Positions 1 through 9,744 are shown, counted from the first letter of the stretch. The stretch is 64,000 nt of DNA from a virus (IMGVR_UViG_3300033121_001033:1-64000), one strand, 5' to 3'. Made by a program: numbers and translations. Notes: a model not told the origin generated them from the sequence alone.

Positions 1-462
1 ACTAACACGGCGTTTAGTAGGATCTTTAACACCTTTTAACGTTAATTGTTTTAGATCTAATCCTCTTCTGGCCTCTTGATTACAACCAGGACATTTTCTA
101 GTAAATTTATAAATATCTCCTACCGTCGCTCGTCTTAAGAAAAGCATGGCAGCAATTCTATCCTGCGCTGTTAATGCCTGTCCTTGACCTGGTAATAGTG
201 TATCTCGAACAGCGGCTTCAATAACAGTTTTATCTGTTATTGTACCTAGTTTAGTTATACATGCAGTTAGAATTTCAGATATTCTATCAGTAACAAGTTT
301 ATCTTGTTGATCTAAAATATCCTCTTCAACACCTGTCATCTCACGAATAACTATAGAATTATGTAGTGTTCCATCAGGTCCTATATAACCATTTGGCAGT
401 TTCTCGCTAATACTTCCTTTTCCAAATATTTCAGCATTTGGAACTAACTCTGATTTCATCAT
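1..462 (-). CDS. Partial (runs off window edge) baseplate hub assembly / tail chaperone protein, T4 gp26/gp51-like
   Basis: Hand translation from ATG at 462: MMKSELVPNAEIFGKGSISEKLPNGYIGPDGTLHNSIVIREMTGVEEDILD...DRIAAMLFLRRATVGDIYKFTRKCPGC. The REMTGxEEDIL and CPxC motifs are typical of this myovirus family. No stop before position 1. Confidence 0.6.
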   Translation of the reverse strand, partial: MMKSELVPNAEIFGKGSISEKLPNGYIGPDGTLHNSIVIREMTGVEEDILDQQDKLVTDRISEILTACITKLGTITDKTVIEAAVRDTLLPGQGQALTAQDRIAAMLFLRRATVGDIYKFTRKCPGCNQEARRGLDLKQLTLKGVKDPTKRRVS

Positions 463-923
463 GATTGCACCTTCTTTTTATTTTGTTGTTTGCAAATATT
501 TACTATGTATTCTTCTACTTTAATTCCTAATTCATTGGATTGTTGATATAACCTATTAAAAGTCGTCTTATCTAATGTTATTGTTACTGTCTCATTAAAT
601 AGAGTACCAAGTCGGTTTTCTAAGAAATCGTGTAATAGCCGAGAAATAACGCCGCCTCTTGTTCCTAATTTCTCTAATTCTATTTTTTTATCCAGATGAT
701 CTAATAATTTATCAGGTAATAACATATTACTTCTGATACCATCCGTTGCATCTTTTGGTGGTCCTGCTAATTCACGTTCACCATTAATAAATTCTGAGAG
801 TAATTGCCTTATAACGTCGGAGGCCGATCTTCCAGTTTGCTCGCTATATTTATTTAAACCGTCGTCAACGTCTTTAGATATTACATAATTAAGTCTTTTT
901 CCAGCTAACATTATTGCACTCAT
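459..923 (-). CDS. Ribbon-helix-helix (CopG/MetJ-like) DNA-binding protein with three tandem RHH-like repeats
   Basis: Three beta-alpha-alpha units: KRLNYVISKDVDDGLNKYSEQTGRSASDVIRQLL, IRSNMLLPDKLLDHLDKK...TRGGVISRLL, TVTITLDKTTFNRLYQQSNELGIKVEEYIVNIC. Confidence 0.6.
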   Translation of the reverse strand: MSAIMLAGKRLNYVISKDVDDGLNKYSEQTGRSASDVIRQLLSEFINGERELAGPPKDATDGIRSNMLLPDKLLDHLDKKIELEKLGTRGGVISRLLHDFLENRLGTLFNETVTITLDKTTFNRLYQQSNELGIKVEEYIVNICKQQNKKKVQS

Positions 924-954
924 TGAATATGATAGACTCCACTGTATATAATAT

Positions 955-983
955 AGAGTATATCCGACTCATAATAAAGTCAA
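955..983 (-). promoter_or_regulatory. Possible sigma70-type promoter for the RHH gene
   Basis: Minus strand TTGACT-N17-TACTCT upstream of the 923 start. Confidence 0.35.
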
Positions 984-1342
984 GAAAATTTTATAATAGT
1001 TGGTTTTAGAAACATACCCACAGGGTTAAATGCGGAATCATATATTTTATGGTGTTGATCACATAGACCGAATTTATCATTATCATTGACAAGAATTAAA
1101 TGCGTTACTTTATTATCACCACAGATTAAACAAATATTAGGAAAATTAGTCTTGGTAATTTGTCCATCATAAAGCGGAAAGCCCTTTCCTGATAAAGGGC
1201 CTCCACAATCTGATTTTCCACAATCCTCTTTATTTTCGTTTAAACCTTTATATAAATATCTACAAGTAGCACAAGTAATAGGAAATCCTTTATTTAAAGC
1301 GTTTTGAACTATATCTTTTGTTATTTTATTTATTTTTTCCAT
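980..1342 (-). CDS. Hypothetical Cys-rich (probable zinc-binding) protein
   Basis: CATCRY, CGKSDC, CLICG, CDQH motifs. Confidence 0.5.
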   Translation of the reverse strand: MEKINKITKDIVQNALNKGFPITCATCRYLYKGLNENKEDCGKSDCGGPLSGKGFPLYDGQITKTNFPNICLICGDNKVTHLILVNDNDKFGLCDQHHKIYDSAFNPVGMFLKPTIIKFS

Positions 1343-1841
1343 GTTTCTTGATTTTCTCTAGTGCTTGAACAAATTGAGCTTTACGCGATTTAAATCCTTC
1401 TCGTTTTACAGCTGCTTTATTTAAGTTCTTACCTTCATGTTTATTTTCCGTTGCTTTACATTTAGCAAATGCAGAATGTAAGTCTTGTTGATTTTTTGGA
1501 TCTCCACTAGTAATTGCTCCGACACAACGTTGTACAAATTTATCGGTTCTGTGTGTCGCCTCTTCAACCTGTTTTTCTAAAATTTTCTTTCCAGATTTAT
1601 CATCAACTTTGTCTTGTTCGGGTTTCTTAATAACCATTAAAACCGTTCTAGACGCCATTGGTTCTGGATTTACAGAAGGAGCAGCACTATTTGAACAACC
1701 ACATGGAGATTGTTGTCCTAGCTTTGATAATATCATTTGCATAATAGGGTTACTATTAGCTGCTTTAGCTTCACAATCTTTACATGGTTTCTTAATAGTA
1801 TTTTGTAACATTTCGGCTTTCTTTTTGTTGATATCAGACAT
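1326..1841 (-). CDS. Hypothetical Lys-rich protein
   Basis: 171-aa ORF coupled to neighbours, RBS-like GGAG upstream. Confidence 0.5.
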   Translation of the reverse strand: MSDINKKKAEMLQNTIKKPCKDCEAKAANSNPIMQMILSKLGQQSPCGCSNSAAPSVNPEPMASRTVLMVIKKPEQDKVDDKSGKKILEKQVEEATHRTDKFVQRCVGAITSGDPKNQQDLHSAFAKCKATENKHEGKNLNKAAVKREGFKSRKAQFVQALEKIKKHGKNK

Positions 1842-1850
1842 TGTCGTCTC

Positions 1851-2498
1851 CTATAAACTTTTATCAGGTAAATTTTTTCTCTGGGCTTCGTACTTACTTG
1901 TCTTAGTTAACTCTAATGTATAAGAAGTAAAAAATCCACTAGCACCAAAGCGATGCGCATCTTTAGTTACAACATTGACATCAAAATAGTCATTTAGTAG
2001 TGTTGGTAATCTAACGATGTCACCAATTTCTGGCGAATAATTTGCTATTTCACACAATGCCCTGGCTAAATTTAATGTTATCTTATGATTTTCTATATGT
2101 CCTCTTTCATCTGCAACATCGCTTTGACTTGGTTGATATAGAACACCACGATGTTCAATTGGAGGAGCGTAATTCCAATCAGCTGCTACATTTTTAACTA
2201 TTGTATTTACTTCTTGATATAGTTGCATAGGTTCGCCATATAATGCTGCAACTTCAGAACCAGAGTGTCCTTTGACATCAAAAGGTCCTAGATTTGGATT
2301 ATTACTTAATGGTCTATCTCCATCTGTTCTGCTAGGAGCATCTAACTTCTTATAAATAAAGATTTGACAACCCCTTAATTTAATCATATCTAACGTTAAT
2401 CTATCTAAATATTTGCCATCAAAAGATTCAGACCCGAAAAACGTATCGGGAAATCCTGGTACTCCTTTAAGATATTCTTGTGGTAAATCATTAGACAT
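1851..2498 (-). CDS. Neck / head-closure protein (T4 gp14-like)
   Basis: Beta-rich head-closure pattern (PEIGDIVRLP...YFDVNVVTK...YTLELTK); lies two genes downstream of a gp13-like neck gene. Confidence 0.55.
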   Translation of the reverse strand: MSNDLPQEYLKGVPGFPDTFFGSESFDGKYLDRLTLDMIKLRGCQIFIYKKLDAPSRTDGDRPLSNNPNLGPFDVKGHSGSEVAALYGEPMQLYQEVNTIVKNVAADWNYAPPIEHRGVLYQPSQSDVADERGHIENHKITLNLARALCEIANYSPEIGDIVRLPTLLNDYFDVNVVTKDAHRFGASGFFTSYTLELTKTSKYEAQRKNLPDKSL

Positions 2499-2865
2499 TT
2501 TGTTGTTGATCCTTTTCGTCTTTTAGTTGCCGCATCATAACTTCAAATTTTCTTAAAACTACGAATGAATTTTCCTGTCCCTTTTTAAGTTTACTATCAT
2601 CCAATTTAGTTTTTGCTTGGTACTCTTTTTCAAAACCGTCTTTAGTTATTTCTATTTCACCATTTGTTATTAAAATTAAATGTTCTTTAACATACTTATT
2701 GATAGTAAATTTAAATGCCGCGAGATATTTATTATAAAGATTTCCCTGTCCTTTTTTAATCATTGTATACATCATTCTAATTACAAACAAAGGAACAGAA
2801 TCAGTTTTATTTATTGCGTAGTCTAGGTCTATTTCATGTTTAAATGGAATATCAGAGTGTATCAT
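2491..2865 (-). CDS. Hypothetical protein
   Basis: 124-aa ORF overlapping both neighbours. Confidence 0.5.
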   Translation of the reverse strand: MIHSDIPFKHEIDLDYAINKTDSVPLFVIRMMYTMIKKGQGNLYNKYLAAFKFTINKYVKEHLILITNGEIEITKDGFEKEYQAKTKLDDSKLKKGQENSFVVLRKFEVMMRQLKDEKDQQQNV

Positions 2866-3581
2866 TATCCAAAGAAGAAAGGCATTGCTCTCTTACGTGA
2901 AATAACTTCCTGTTCTAATTTAGCCATTTCAGCATTTGCTTCTTGTACTAACATAGCAGCATTAAGTCCGCGATCACCCGCTACAGTTGTATATTGCGAG
3001 AATTTCATTCGAATATTTCCAAGTTTATGTTTTGCTTTCGCAATAGACATACGAAGGAAAAAATCTTCATTTTCTGGTGTTAAATCTCTTGTGTCAACTA
3101 CTTTAGACCATACCTCAATTAATGCCGGACCGAGAACTCCTGGCGCCGGCATTATATTTAATTCCCTTGACTGTGTGTCAAAGTACCAATCCCTGTCTAA
3201 ACTAAATATTCGCTGTGAGGTCTCTAATAATTGTAGTTGTTGTACTAAACCGGAATAGGGCATAAATGAATTATTCATAGTGCCCCATTGACCGAATAAG
3301 GATGATTGAATGTAAGAAAATTCATCGGTTCCACCTAAAGAAAAATAATTCGTAGGTAGTATAACTCTAATAACTTCTATTACATCCTCATCAAGTAGAT
3401 AAACACTTGAACCATCTAATTGTAATTGACGAAAAGATCTTGCGCCGACTCTGATAGAGAACCAGCGTTTTGTGTCTTTAATAATGTCATTGAGATGGTC
3501 TGGAGTTAATTCAACATCAACTATTCCGAAACCTAGGTCTCGCTTGACATAATCTTTGATCTCTTCTTCAGTCATTCCCAT
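2865..3581 (-). CDS. Neck protein (T4 gp13-like head-tail adaptor)
   Basis: N-terminus EEEIKDYVKRDLGFGIVDVELTPDHLNDII matches the gp13 pattern (ELKDYILRRLGAPVINVEVT); C-terminal GNIRMKFS...LNA..LVQEA..EMAKLE. Confidence 0.75.
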   Translation of the reverse strand: MGMTEEEIKDYVKRDLGFGIVDVELTPDHLNDIIKDTKRWFSIRVGARSFRQLQLDGSSVYLLDEDVIEVIRVILPTNYFSLGGTDEFSYIQSSLFGQWGTMNNSFMPYSGLVQQLQLLETSQRIFSLDRDWYFDTQSRELNIMPAPGVLGPALIEVWSKVVDTRDLTPENEDFFLRMSIAKAKHKLGNIRMKFSQYTTVAGDRGLNAAMLVQEANAEMAKLEQEVISRKRAMPFFFG

Positions 3582-5077
3582 TAGATAGTAAACCAGGATG
3601 TTCCATTACTTTGAACAGTTACTTTTGACCATTGCGATGTAAGTGCTTGAGGAGAGTTTGAACCATCAATAAGCTCAGCACCGTTTGGAGTTACGTTAAC
3701 TGTGTTACCGGCAACAATTTTCTTTACCGTATAAACACGACCTGGGCAACTTGCGGCTGTAGGTAATGTTATTGCGATTGTTCCAGCAGTTGAATCGGCT
3801 AAATAGGTACTAACATTACCAGCAGCGGTATTTGATGATACAGATGCCATTAATCTAGCAGTTGATCCGAATACATGTAGTTGTGATGTTGGTGCGGATG
3901 TTCCAACGGCAACATAACTGTCAGTTCCATTAATTCTAAGCGCAGTTACTGAGGATGTACCGGCACCAGTATTTGCAACTTTAAATAACATATCACCTGA
4001 TGCAGTTGCTGCATCGCCAGAAATACCCGTGGCTAATGTTAATCCAGCGCCAGCAATTCCAGCACCTGAGCCGTCCGTACCTTTAAGAGTAACGGCAGTT
4101 ATAGCAGTTGTACTAACAGGCCCACGACCGAATGCAATTGTAGTAAGAGGTGTAGTATCAGAACCAATAGCAACTTGGTTGGCTGCTGAAGTTGTTGCAG
4201 ACACACCTAATGCAATCGCAGCATGACCGGCACTTGCGCCAAATCCTAATGCAGTACCATTTGCAGCTGTTACAGCGGCGCTTTTACCGAAAGCTGACCC
4301 GCCAGCAGCACTAACTGAAGCCGCTGCACCGAAAGCTGTACCATTATTAGCACTTACAGCAGAACCAGCACCAAATCTTTCACCTAACGTTCCTACAGTA
4401 CCGGGGCATGATATTGTACTCGCGTTAACAATAAGTCCACCGGTAAGCGAACTCGCACCATCGATTCTTAAACCATAATCACAATTTGCAGCTGTAATAA
4501 CTAATGCAGAACTTGTTTGTGTCCCAGATGGAGATTTTGATAGTGTGAGCGCAGCCGTATTATTTGCGCCATCGTTTGTAATGGAAACCGAACCGGAGTC
4601 GGCAGTTATTGCTCGACCAGCACCGGAGCCTCCGAAATCATAAGCACCATCTAAAGTCGTTCCAAGTGTTAGTGTTTGCCATGTAGCAGTTGTTGCGCCT
4701 GTTGCTTTTAATACTTGACCTGAAGTTGGAGGTGATGCAGCACTTACATCTACTGCGGCACCAGAAGTGGCTAATGATTCGGCAGGATCAGTATTTGTTG
4801 GACCAGGAGGGCCTGTAACTCCGGGAGCGCCCGTAGGGCCAATTGGTCCGGGAGGGCCACCAGCCGCACCACTAATTGTTCCACTAACGGTTATTCCTGA
4901 ATTTCCATTAGATGTTGAACTCGTAACTAATTTTAGTTTGCCTTTTGCAAAATAATAAGCAACGTCAGGACTATTACCTAAATCGGCAAACGTAGCACCG
5001 TCAGGAAATGTGATTGTACTACCTGATAATCTTAGCGTTAATCCATCAGTAGAATTAACTTGATAAACTGTACTCAT
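3581..5077 (-). CDS. Virion fibre with short collagen stretch and YadA/Hep-Hag head-like repeats
   Basis: [20 protein letters not shown]; 14-aa repeats SAVSANNGTAFGAA / ASVSAAGGSAFGKS / AAVTAANGTALGFG; C-terminal TLPTAASCPGRVYTVKK fibre-tip domain. Confidence 0.65.
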   Translation of the reverse strand: MSTVYQVNSTDGLTLRLSGSTITFPDGATFADLGNSPDVAYYFAKGKLKLVTSSTSNGNSGITVSGTISGAAGGPPGPIGPTGAPGVTGPPGPTNTDPAESLATSGAAVDVSAASPPTSGQVLKATGATTATWQTLTLGTTLDGAYDFGGSGAGRAITADSGSVSITNDGANNTAALTLSKSPSGTQTSSALVITAANCDYGLRIDGASSLTGGLIVNASTISCPGTVGTLGERFGAGSAVSANNGTAFGAAASVSAAGGSAFGKSAAVTAANGTALGFGASAGHAAIALGVSATTSAANQVAIGSDTTPLTTIAFGRGPVSTTAITAVTLKGTDGSGAGIAGAGLTLATGISGDAATASGDMLFKVANTGAGTSSVTALRINGTDSYVAVGTSAPTSQLHVFGSTARLMASVSSNTAAGNVSTYLADSTAGTIAITLPTAASCPGRVYTVKKIVAGNTVNVTPNGAELIDGSNSPQALTSQWSKVTVQSNGTSWFTI

Positions 5078-5190
5078 TATAATAAATCTCCTCTGTGTCT
5101 TATATTATAATCTTATTTTTCGTTATTGCCATTAATAAAGTATAATCCATTCAACAACTGGTTACAAATTGTATGTTACCACATTTGTAT

Positions 5191-5224
5191 AAAAACAAAA
5201 AGAGCCAGAATAAATCTGGCTCTT
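5191..5224 (-). terminator. Rho-independent terminator after 5249..5713
   Basis: Minus strand AAGAGCCAGA-TTTAT-TCTGGCTCTT followed by TTTGTTTTT. Confidence 0.8.
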
Positions 5225-5248
5225 GTTGTTGAGGAGGTAAAGAAAGAG

Positions 5249-5713
5249 TTAGAGGATTGTTTGGACTTGTGAGTTAACACCTTGTCCAAGAACTTGTGAA
5301 TGCGCTGAACGACGAACATAGAGATGAGCGGGGAAACGTGTAGCAGCCGCACATTCTAGGGTATTAGCGCCAGCAGCTGATTTCCATTGAACCGCAACAG
5401 TATGATCACCTTTTGTTAAACGAACAGTACGGTGCATATGAACTGGCGCGAGAACACCTGAAATACTTGGAGTAGCTAAAACGCCGTTTGTTCCACCTAG
5501 ACGTGAACCATCAACAGCAAAGTCTAGGTCAACTCGACCCGCACCGTTATCGTTTGAAACAACAGCTTGGAATTCGAGATCAACTAACATTTCTTCGGCT
5601 TCGACACGGAAACCAATTAAGAGAGCATTGGCGGTTCCAGTACCAATTGTGGCGAAAGATGTAGTAGTAGCTGTAATTGAAGCAGCTGGTTGTAATACGA
5701 TTGATCCTAACAT
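5249..5713 (-). CDS. Putative virion structural protein (beta-sandwich)
   Basis: All-beta pattern, strong GGAGGA RBS, skewed codon usage (CGT/GTT/GCT), located in the virion module. Confidence 0.5.
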   Translation of the reverse strand: MLGSIVLQPAASITATTTSFATIGTGTANALLIGFRVEAEEMLVDLEFQAVVSNDNGAGRVDLDFAVDGSRLGGTNGVLATPSISGVLAPVHMHRTVRLTKGDHTVAVQWKSAAGANTLECAAATRFPAHLYVRRSAHSQVLGQGVNSQVQTIL

Positions 5714-5734
5714 TGTATATTCCTCCTATAAACC

Positions 5735-6250
5735 TTAGAGATTCGCCGCGTTAAGACCGAAATCATAACGGCAACGTGAAACTCCAGTTAGATCGCCACC
5801 TGAACCATTCGTGAGACGAACGCGAATGAATTCACCGGCGCGAACAACAATCTTTGAGAGGAAAGTACTAACAATTGAAGCGTTAGTTGGGAATACTGTT
5901 GACGCATCACCAACATCTAATAGAGTACGTTGTAATTGAACTTGACCAACACCTGGCGCATCTGGGAAGCTTGAGAAACTTAAGTCGAGAGGAGCCATTG
6001 TGTTGAGTGGATCTAGTTTGAGGATATCTACTTTAACGAGATATACGTTAGCCGCTGTTAGTGTTGAGCTAAAGTCAACAACCGCTAAACCACTTTCAAA
6101 TTCTTTACGAAACGTAGGACGTTTGACGAAATCAATCGTGTTCGTTTCTGTTGTATCCGCTGGACGAGGAAGATCAATATTACCAGATGAACCATTTGTA
6201 ATGGTTGTGCTAGCTGATACAACCTCGTATTGAGTTCTTACTACTGCCAT
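5735..6250 (-). CDS. Putative virion structural protein (beta-sandwich)
   Basis: All-beta pattern, strong GGAGG RBS, 5' hairpin GACC-GAAA-GGTC at 6272..6283. Confidence 0.5.
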   Translation of the reverse strand: MAVVRTQYEVVSASTTITNGSSGNIDLPRPADTTETNTIDFVKRPTFRKEFESGLAVVDFSSTLTAANVYLVKVDILKLDPLNTMAPLDLSFSSFPDAPGVGQVQLQRTLLDVGDASTVFPTNASIVSTFLSKIVVRAGEFIRVRLTNGSGGDLTGVSRCRYDFGLNAANL

Positions 6251-6358
6251 AGGAACCTCCTATTTATCTGCGACCTTTCGGTCTGAATGGCAAAACATTA
6301 ATTATGTTTCTTTTATAAGTTTAACATTAACCGATTTTAATGCAACATTAATTTTTGA

Positions 6359-6589
6359 TTATTTAACTTCAAACCATTTACCGTCAACTTGTTCAAATCG
6401 AGAATTTTCGACAAGGTTATATTCTTGCATTAATTCAGTATTAGATTTTGCTGTATTATTAGCATAAACATCTAATAATTTTTTATTTAATTCTAATACT
6501 TCTTTTTTGAGTGCAACTACTTCGTCTCTTGACATTTTTAATTGGACGGCTAATATTTTTTCTTTTGAAACTTCTACTTTTTCACTCAT
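6359..6589 (-). CDS. Small coiled-coil protein, resembling fibre-assembly chaperones
   Basis: Heptad-like helix, directly downstream of a fibre gene, own promoter and RBS. Confidence 0.4.
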   Translation of the reverse strand: MSEKVEVSKEKILAVQLKMSRDEVVALKKEVLELNKKLLDVYANNTAKSNTELMQEYNLVENSRFEQVDGKWFEVK

Positions 6590-6611
6590 TTATAAAATCT
6601 CCTTGCACTAC

Positions 6612-6639
6612 ATACTACATTCTTAGTTTCCAATGTCAA
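6612..6639 (-). promoter_or_regulatory. Sigma70-type promoter
   Basis: Minus strand TTGACA-N16-TAGTAT upstream of the AAGGAG RBS of 6359..6589. Confidence 0.55.
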
Positions 6640-6643
6640 GAGA

Positions 6644-9376
6644 TTAAGAATCGATAGTCCACGTACCAAATTCTGATATTCTTACCCATTCTGTAGCATT
6701 AATAGCTACTAGAGTAACAACAGAACCAACAACAGTTGATTTTATATAACCAGCTGTTGCCGACTCACCGCCGTCTAATCTTATAGTATCACCAGTATTT
6801 GCTACAACTCTTATACCGTTAGCATCTTGGCAATAGAATGTATATGAAACACCTGCGACAGCCGAAGGTAGCGTATGATAGTTTTCTGCGCCAGTACCTT
6901 CATTAGTTAATACTTTACGCGATTCACTAGCAATTAAGATATTAGGAGAACCAGACCCGGCAGTATTTGCTTCTACGGTATATTTAGTTGTAAGACCACC
7001 ATTATAATCTACGTCAGTTATTATATTATCGTCGTGATCTAATACTAAGAAGTGACCGTTTAATCCACCACCGACACCAGCGCCTAACGTAAGATAAATC
7101 CAACCGCCGTGTTGTGTTCCGCCGCCAGTTGCATTAGAGCATGTGAGACGGATTTTACCACCTTCACCGTTATTGCTTGTTCCAGAGGCTAGTGTTATAT
7201 CTCCAGGGTTTCCCGTGCTACTTCCACCATTTCCAGAGACAATATCGACATTACCACCATTATATGTATCACCACCTTGTCCAGAACTTAGATATAAAGA
7301 TCCACCGGCTGCTGTTCCAGTAGATGCACCAGCAGTAATATCAATTTGACCGCCGGGTTTATTAGTTCCAACACCAGCGCCGCCAGTGATACTAATTGCA
7401 CCTCCATTACCTTCTGCTACTGCGGAACCGCCATTTATTTCTAATGCCCCACCGTGTCCAGAAACAGTTCCGCCAGGACCACCACTTATTTGGACTATAC
7501 CGCCGTCACCAGTTTCATCTGCTAATCCGCCTGTTATAGTAACAGAGCCGCCATCGCCAGATAATAATCCATCACCACCGGCAACGTAAGCTCCACCTGC
7601 GGCGAATCCATCTGCTTGAGGCGTACCTCCCTGGAGATAAGCAAATCCACCTTCTCCGCCAGAAATTCCACCGAACCCTCCATTAACTGCCGCGTCTCCA
7701 CCAGCAGCGTTATTGCCGCCATTACCTCCGTTTATTGTACAGTGACCACCTATTCCTGATCCATCACCTTGTCCGGCGAATAATTGTGCATATCCTCCTT
7801 GTGCATTAGAACCGGCGCCCGCGTTTCCAGCAACACCCCTTACTTGTCCACCCTGAGCACTAACACCACCATTTCCGCCGTGTAATATAACGCCACCACC
7901 GATACCAGTTCCGTCGCCATTACCAGAATAAATATTTACATCAAATCCTACGGTGTTGGCTGATGCGGCATTACCAGATGTGAGATCAATGGCGTTAACT
8001 GATGCTATACTAAATAATTGGTCAGAAGGTCCAATTATTTGATCAACAGCGCCCAACCCGGTATTTACATTAATTGGACCGCAATACATATTACCATTTC
8101 GTAATACACGCATTAATTGTGTAGCAGAATTATCAAAAATTGTAAAGGCAGCTGCCGCACCAGAACCGGTACCTGGATATAGATAAATTTCTACACCACC
8201 GGCATTCTTATTCGACCCACCTGGAGTAGCGGTAAAGAATGCATGTTTACCTGTATCGCCGTTAGTGCTTGCATCAATATAATAAAAAATATTACCGCTT
8301 GGTCCAGAACTAGAACCTCCCGCAGCTGAGAAGAATTTTAATTCAGCAGGACTACTAGCAGCAGCAGAACTACCGGGACGAATTTCAATATTACCACCAG
8401 CACCAGTTCCTGATGCTGCACCTCCTGTTAAATAAACAGTACCGGCTGTGACTGTTCCACCACCTGTTGCATCTCCACCGATGATTTGTACTATTCCGGC
8501 TTGTCCAAAAGCCCCTGCACGGGAGTTACCGCCAATAATATTGATATTTCCGCCAGACTGTGAGTCGCTTGTTCCACCTAAGCCACCTTGTAAGGTAATG
8601 GCTCCCGCTGTTCCGGCATTAGCTGTACTGCCAGGTGTTAAATTAATATTACCAGCAGAACGATTAGCACCGACACCATTACCTGTAACAAGGTTAATAG
8701 CTCCGATAGCCCCGTTTGATGCAGCACCTGTGGTTATATTAATAGCACCACTTGATCCAGAGCCAGACCCACCAGCGCCTGATGTTAATGATAACGTTCC
8801 GCCATTAAGAGAGGTTCCAGCGGCGCCGCTAGTAATTGATAATGCTGCTCCTGCTGCTGCACCTGTTGAGGCACCGCAAGAAACAGTTACTGCACCACCG
8901 GCTCTATTAGTTCCAACGCCGGCGGCGGATTGAATAACTATAGCACCTCCGACTCCATCGACAGGAACACCACCTAATAATTGTGCGGGTCCGCCATTTC
9001 CGGATGTGCCTCCGCCTGCACCGCCTAATACAGAAGATGTAGTCCCATTACTTGTAGTTGTTGCTGCTGAACCACCGCCTAATACTGCTGTTTGTCCGAC
9101 ATCACCTTTAACAGCGGTCCCTGATAATAAAATATCATTCGCGCCGGTTGTATTTCCAACAGCGAGCGTTGCAGATAATGATGCCGCAGCTGATGAACTT
9201 ATTGCCGCCCAACCTGTATTAAGAGTTGAAGCTGTTTCTTTTATATAGAAACTTGTACCAACACCGCCATCATCTCTTTGATATATGGATCCTTTACCGG
9301 CGTATATTACACCTTCTGGTGAACCCGAACCGCCTCTAATTATGGAAGCGCCTAAATAAATAAATTGTTCAGCCAT
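6644..9376 (-). CDS. Large Gly-rich repeat fibre/spike protein (910 aa)
   Basis: N-terminal GSGSPEGVIYAGKGSIYQRDDGG...NTGW phage fibre motif; dozens of 15-18 aa GGx[VI]x[IL]xGG repeats; C-terminal TLPSAVAGVSYTF fibre-tip domain. Confidence 0.7.
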   Translation of the reverse strand: MAEQFIYLGASIIRGGSGSPEGVIYAGKGSIYQRDDGGVGTSFYIKETASTLNTGWAAISSSAAASLSATLAVGNTTGANDILLSGTAVKGDVGQTAVLGGGSAATTTSNGTTSSVLGGAGGGTSGNGGPAQLLGGVPVDGVGGAIVIQSAAGVGTNRAGGAVTVSCGASTGAAAGAALSITSGAAGTSLNGGTLSLTSGAGGSGSGSSGAINITTGAASNGAIGAINLVTGNGVGANRSAGNINLTPGSTANAGTAGAITLQGGLGGTSDSQSGGNINIIGGNSRAGAFGQAGIVQIIGGDATGGGTVTAGTVYLTGGAASGTGAGGNIEIRPGSSAAASSPAELKFFSAAGGSSSGPSGNIFYYIDASTNGDTGKHAFFTATPGGSNKNAGGVEIYLYPGTGSGAAAAFTIFDNSATQLMRVLRNGNMYCGPINVNTGLGAVDQIIGPSDQLFSIASVNAIDLTSGNAASANTVGFDVNIYSGNGDGTGIGGGVILHGGNGGVSAQGGQVRGVAGNAGAGSNAQGGYAQLFAGQGDGSGIGGHCTINGGNGGNNAAGGDAAVNGGFGGISGGEGGFAYLQGGTPQADGFAAGGAYVAGGDGLLSGDGGSVTITGGLADETGDGGIVQISGGPGGTVSGHGGALEINGGSAVAEGNGGAISITGGAGVGTNKPGGQIDITAGASTGTAAGGSLYLSSGQGGDTYNGGNVDIVSGNGGSSTGNPGDITLASGTSNNGEGGKIRLTCSNATGGGTQHGGWIYLTLGAGVGGGLNGHFLVLDHDDNIITDVDYNGGLTTKYTVEANTAGSGSPNILIASESRKVLTNEGTGAENYHTLPSAVAGVSYTFYCQDANGIRVVANTGDTIRLDGGESATAGYIKSTVVGSVVTLVAINATEWVRISEFGTWTIDS

Positions 9377-9391
9377 AATAAACCTCAGTAA

Positions 9392-9436
9392 AATAAAATA
9401 AGCATACTAATATTATATCAGTATGCTTATTTTATT
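9392..9436. repeat. Perfect 17-bp inverted repeat, terminator-like on the minus strand
   Basis: AATAAAATAAGCATACT (9392-9408), 11-nt loop, AGTATGCTTATTTTATT (9420-9436). Confidence 0.8.
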
Positions 9437-9457
9437 AAAGATTTATGTTTTAATTTA

Positions 9458-9718
9458 TTACATTACGACGACTTTACCAGCACTTGGACCTTCTGTTTCT
9501 ACTGTTAAGCCTGATTTAGCAACATCGGCAACAATAGTTAAATGAAGTTTTCCATCGCTATTTAAAACAACAGCAAATTTTTCGCCGCTTGAGTAAAACT
9601 CAACACCTTCGGCTGTTTTAACAACTGTAACTTCGTGATCTGTAGTAAATGCCATATTCAATACTCCTTTTAAAAAATTAAGAATTTTATTAATAGTACC
9701 TATGATTCTATTATACAT
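9458..9718 (-). CDS. Small hypothetical virion-module protein (true start probably MAFTTD)
   Basis: GGAG RBS upstream of the internal ATG. Confidence 0.5.
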   Translation of the reverse strand: MYNRIIGTINKILNFLKGVLNMAFTTDHEVTVVKTAEGVEFYSSGEKFAVVLNSDGKLHLTIVADVAKSGLTVETEGPSAGKVVVM

Positions 9719-9744
9719 TACAATTATTATATTTGTAGTTTATT

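Noticed and set aside
1-462. Apparent frameshift in the first gene
   Set aside because: Careful re-translation shows an uninterrupted frame; it is missing from the ORF track only because it runs off the window edge.
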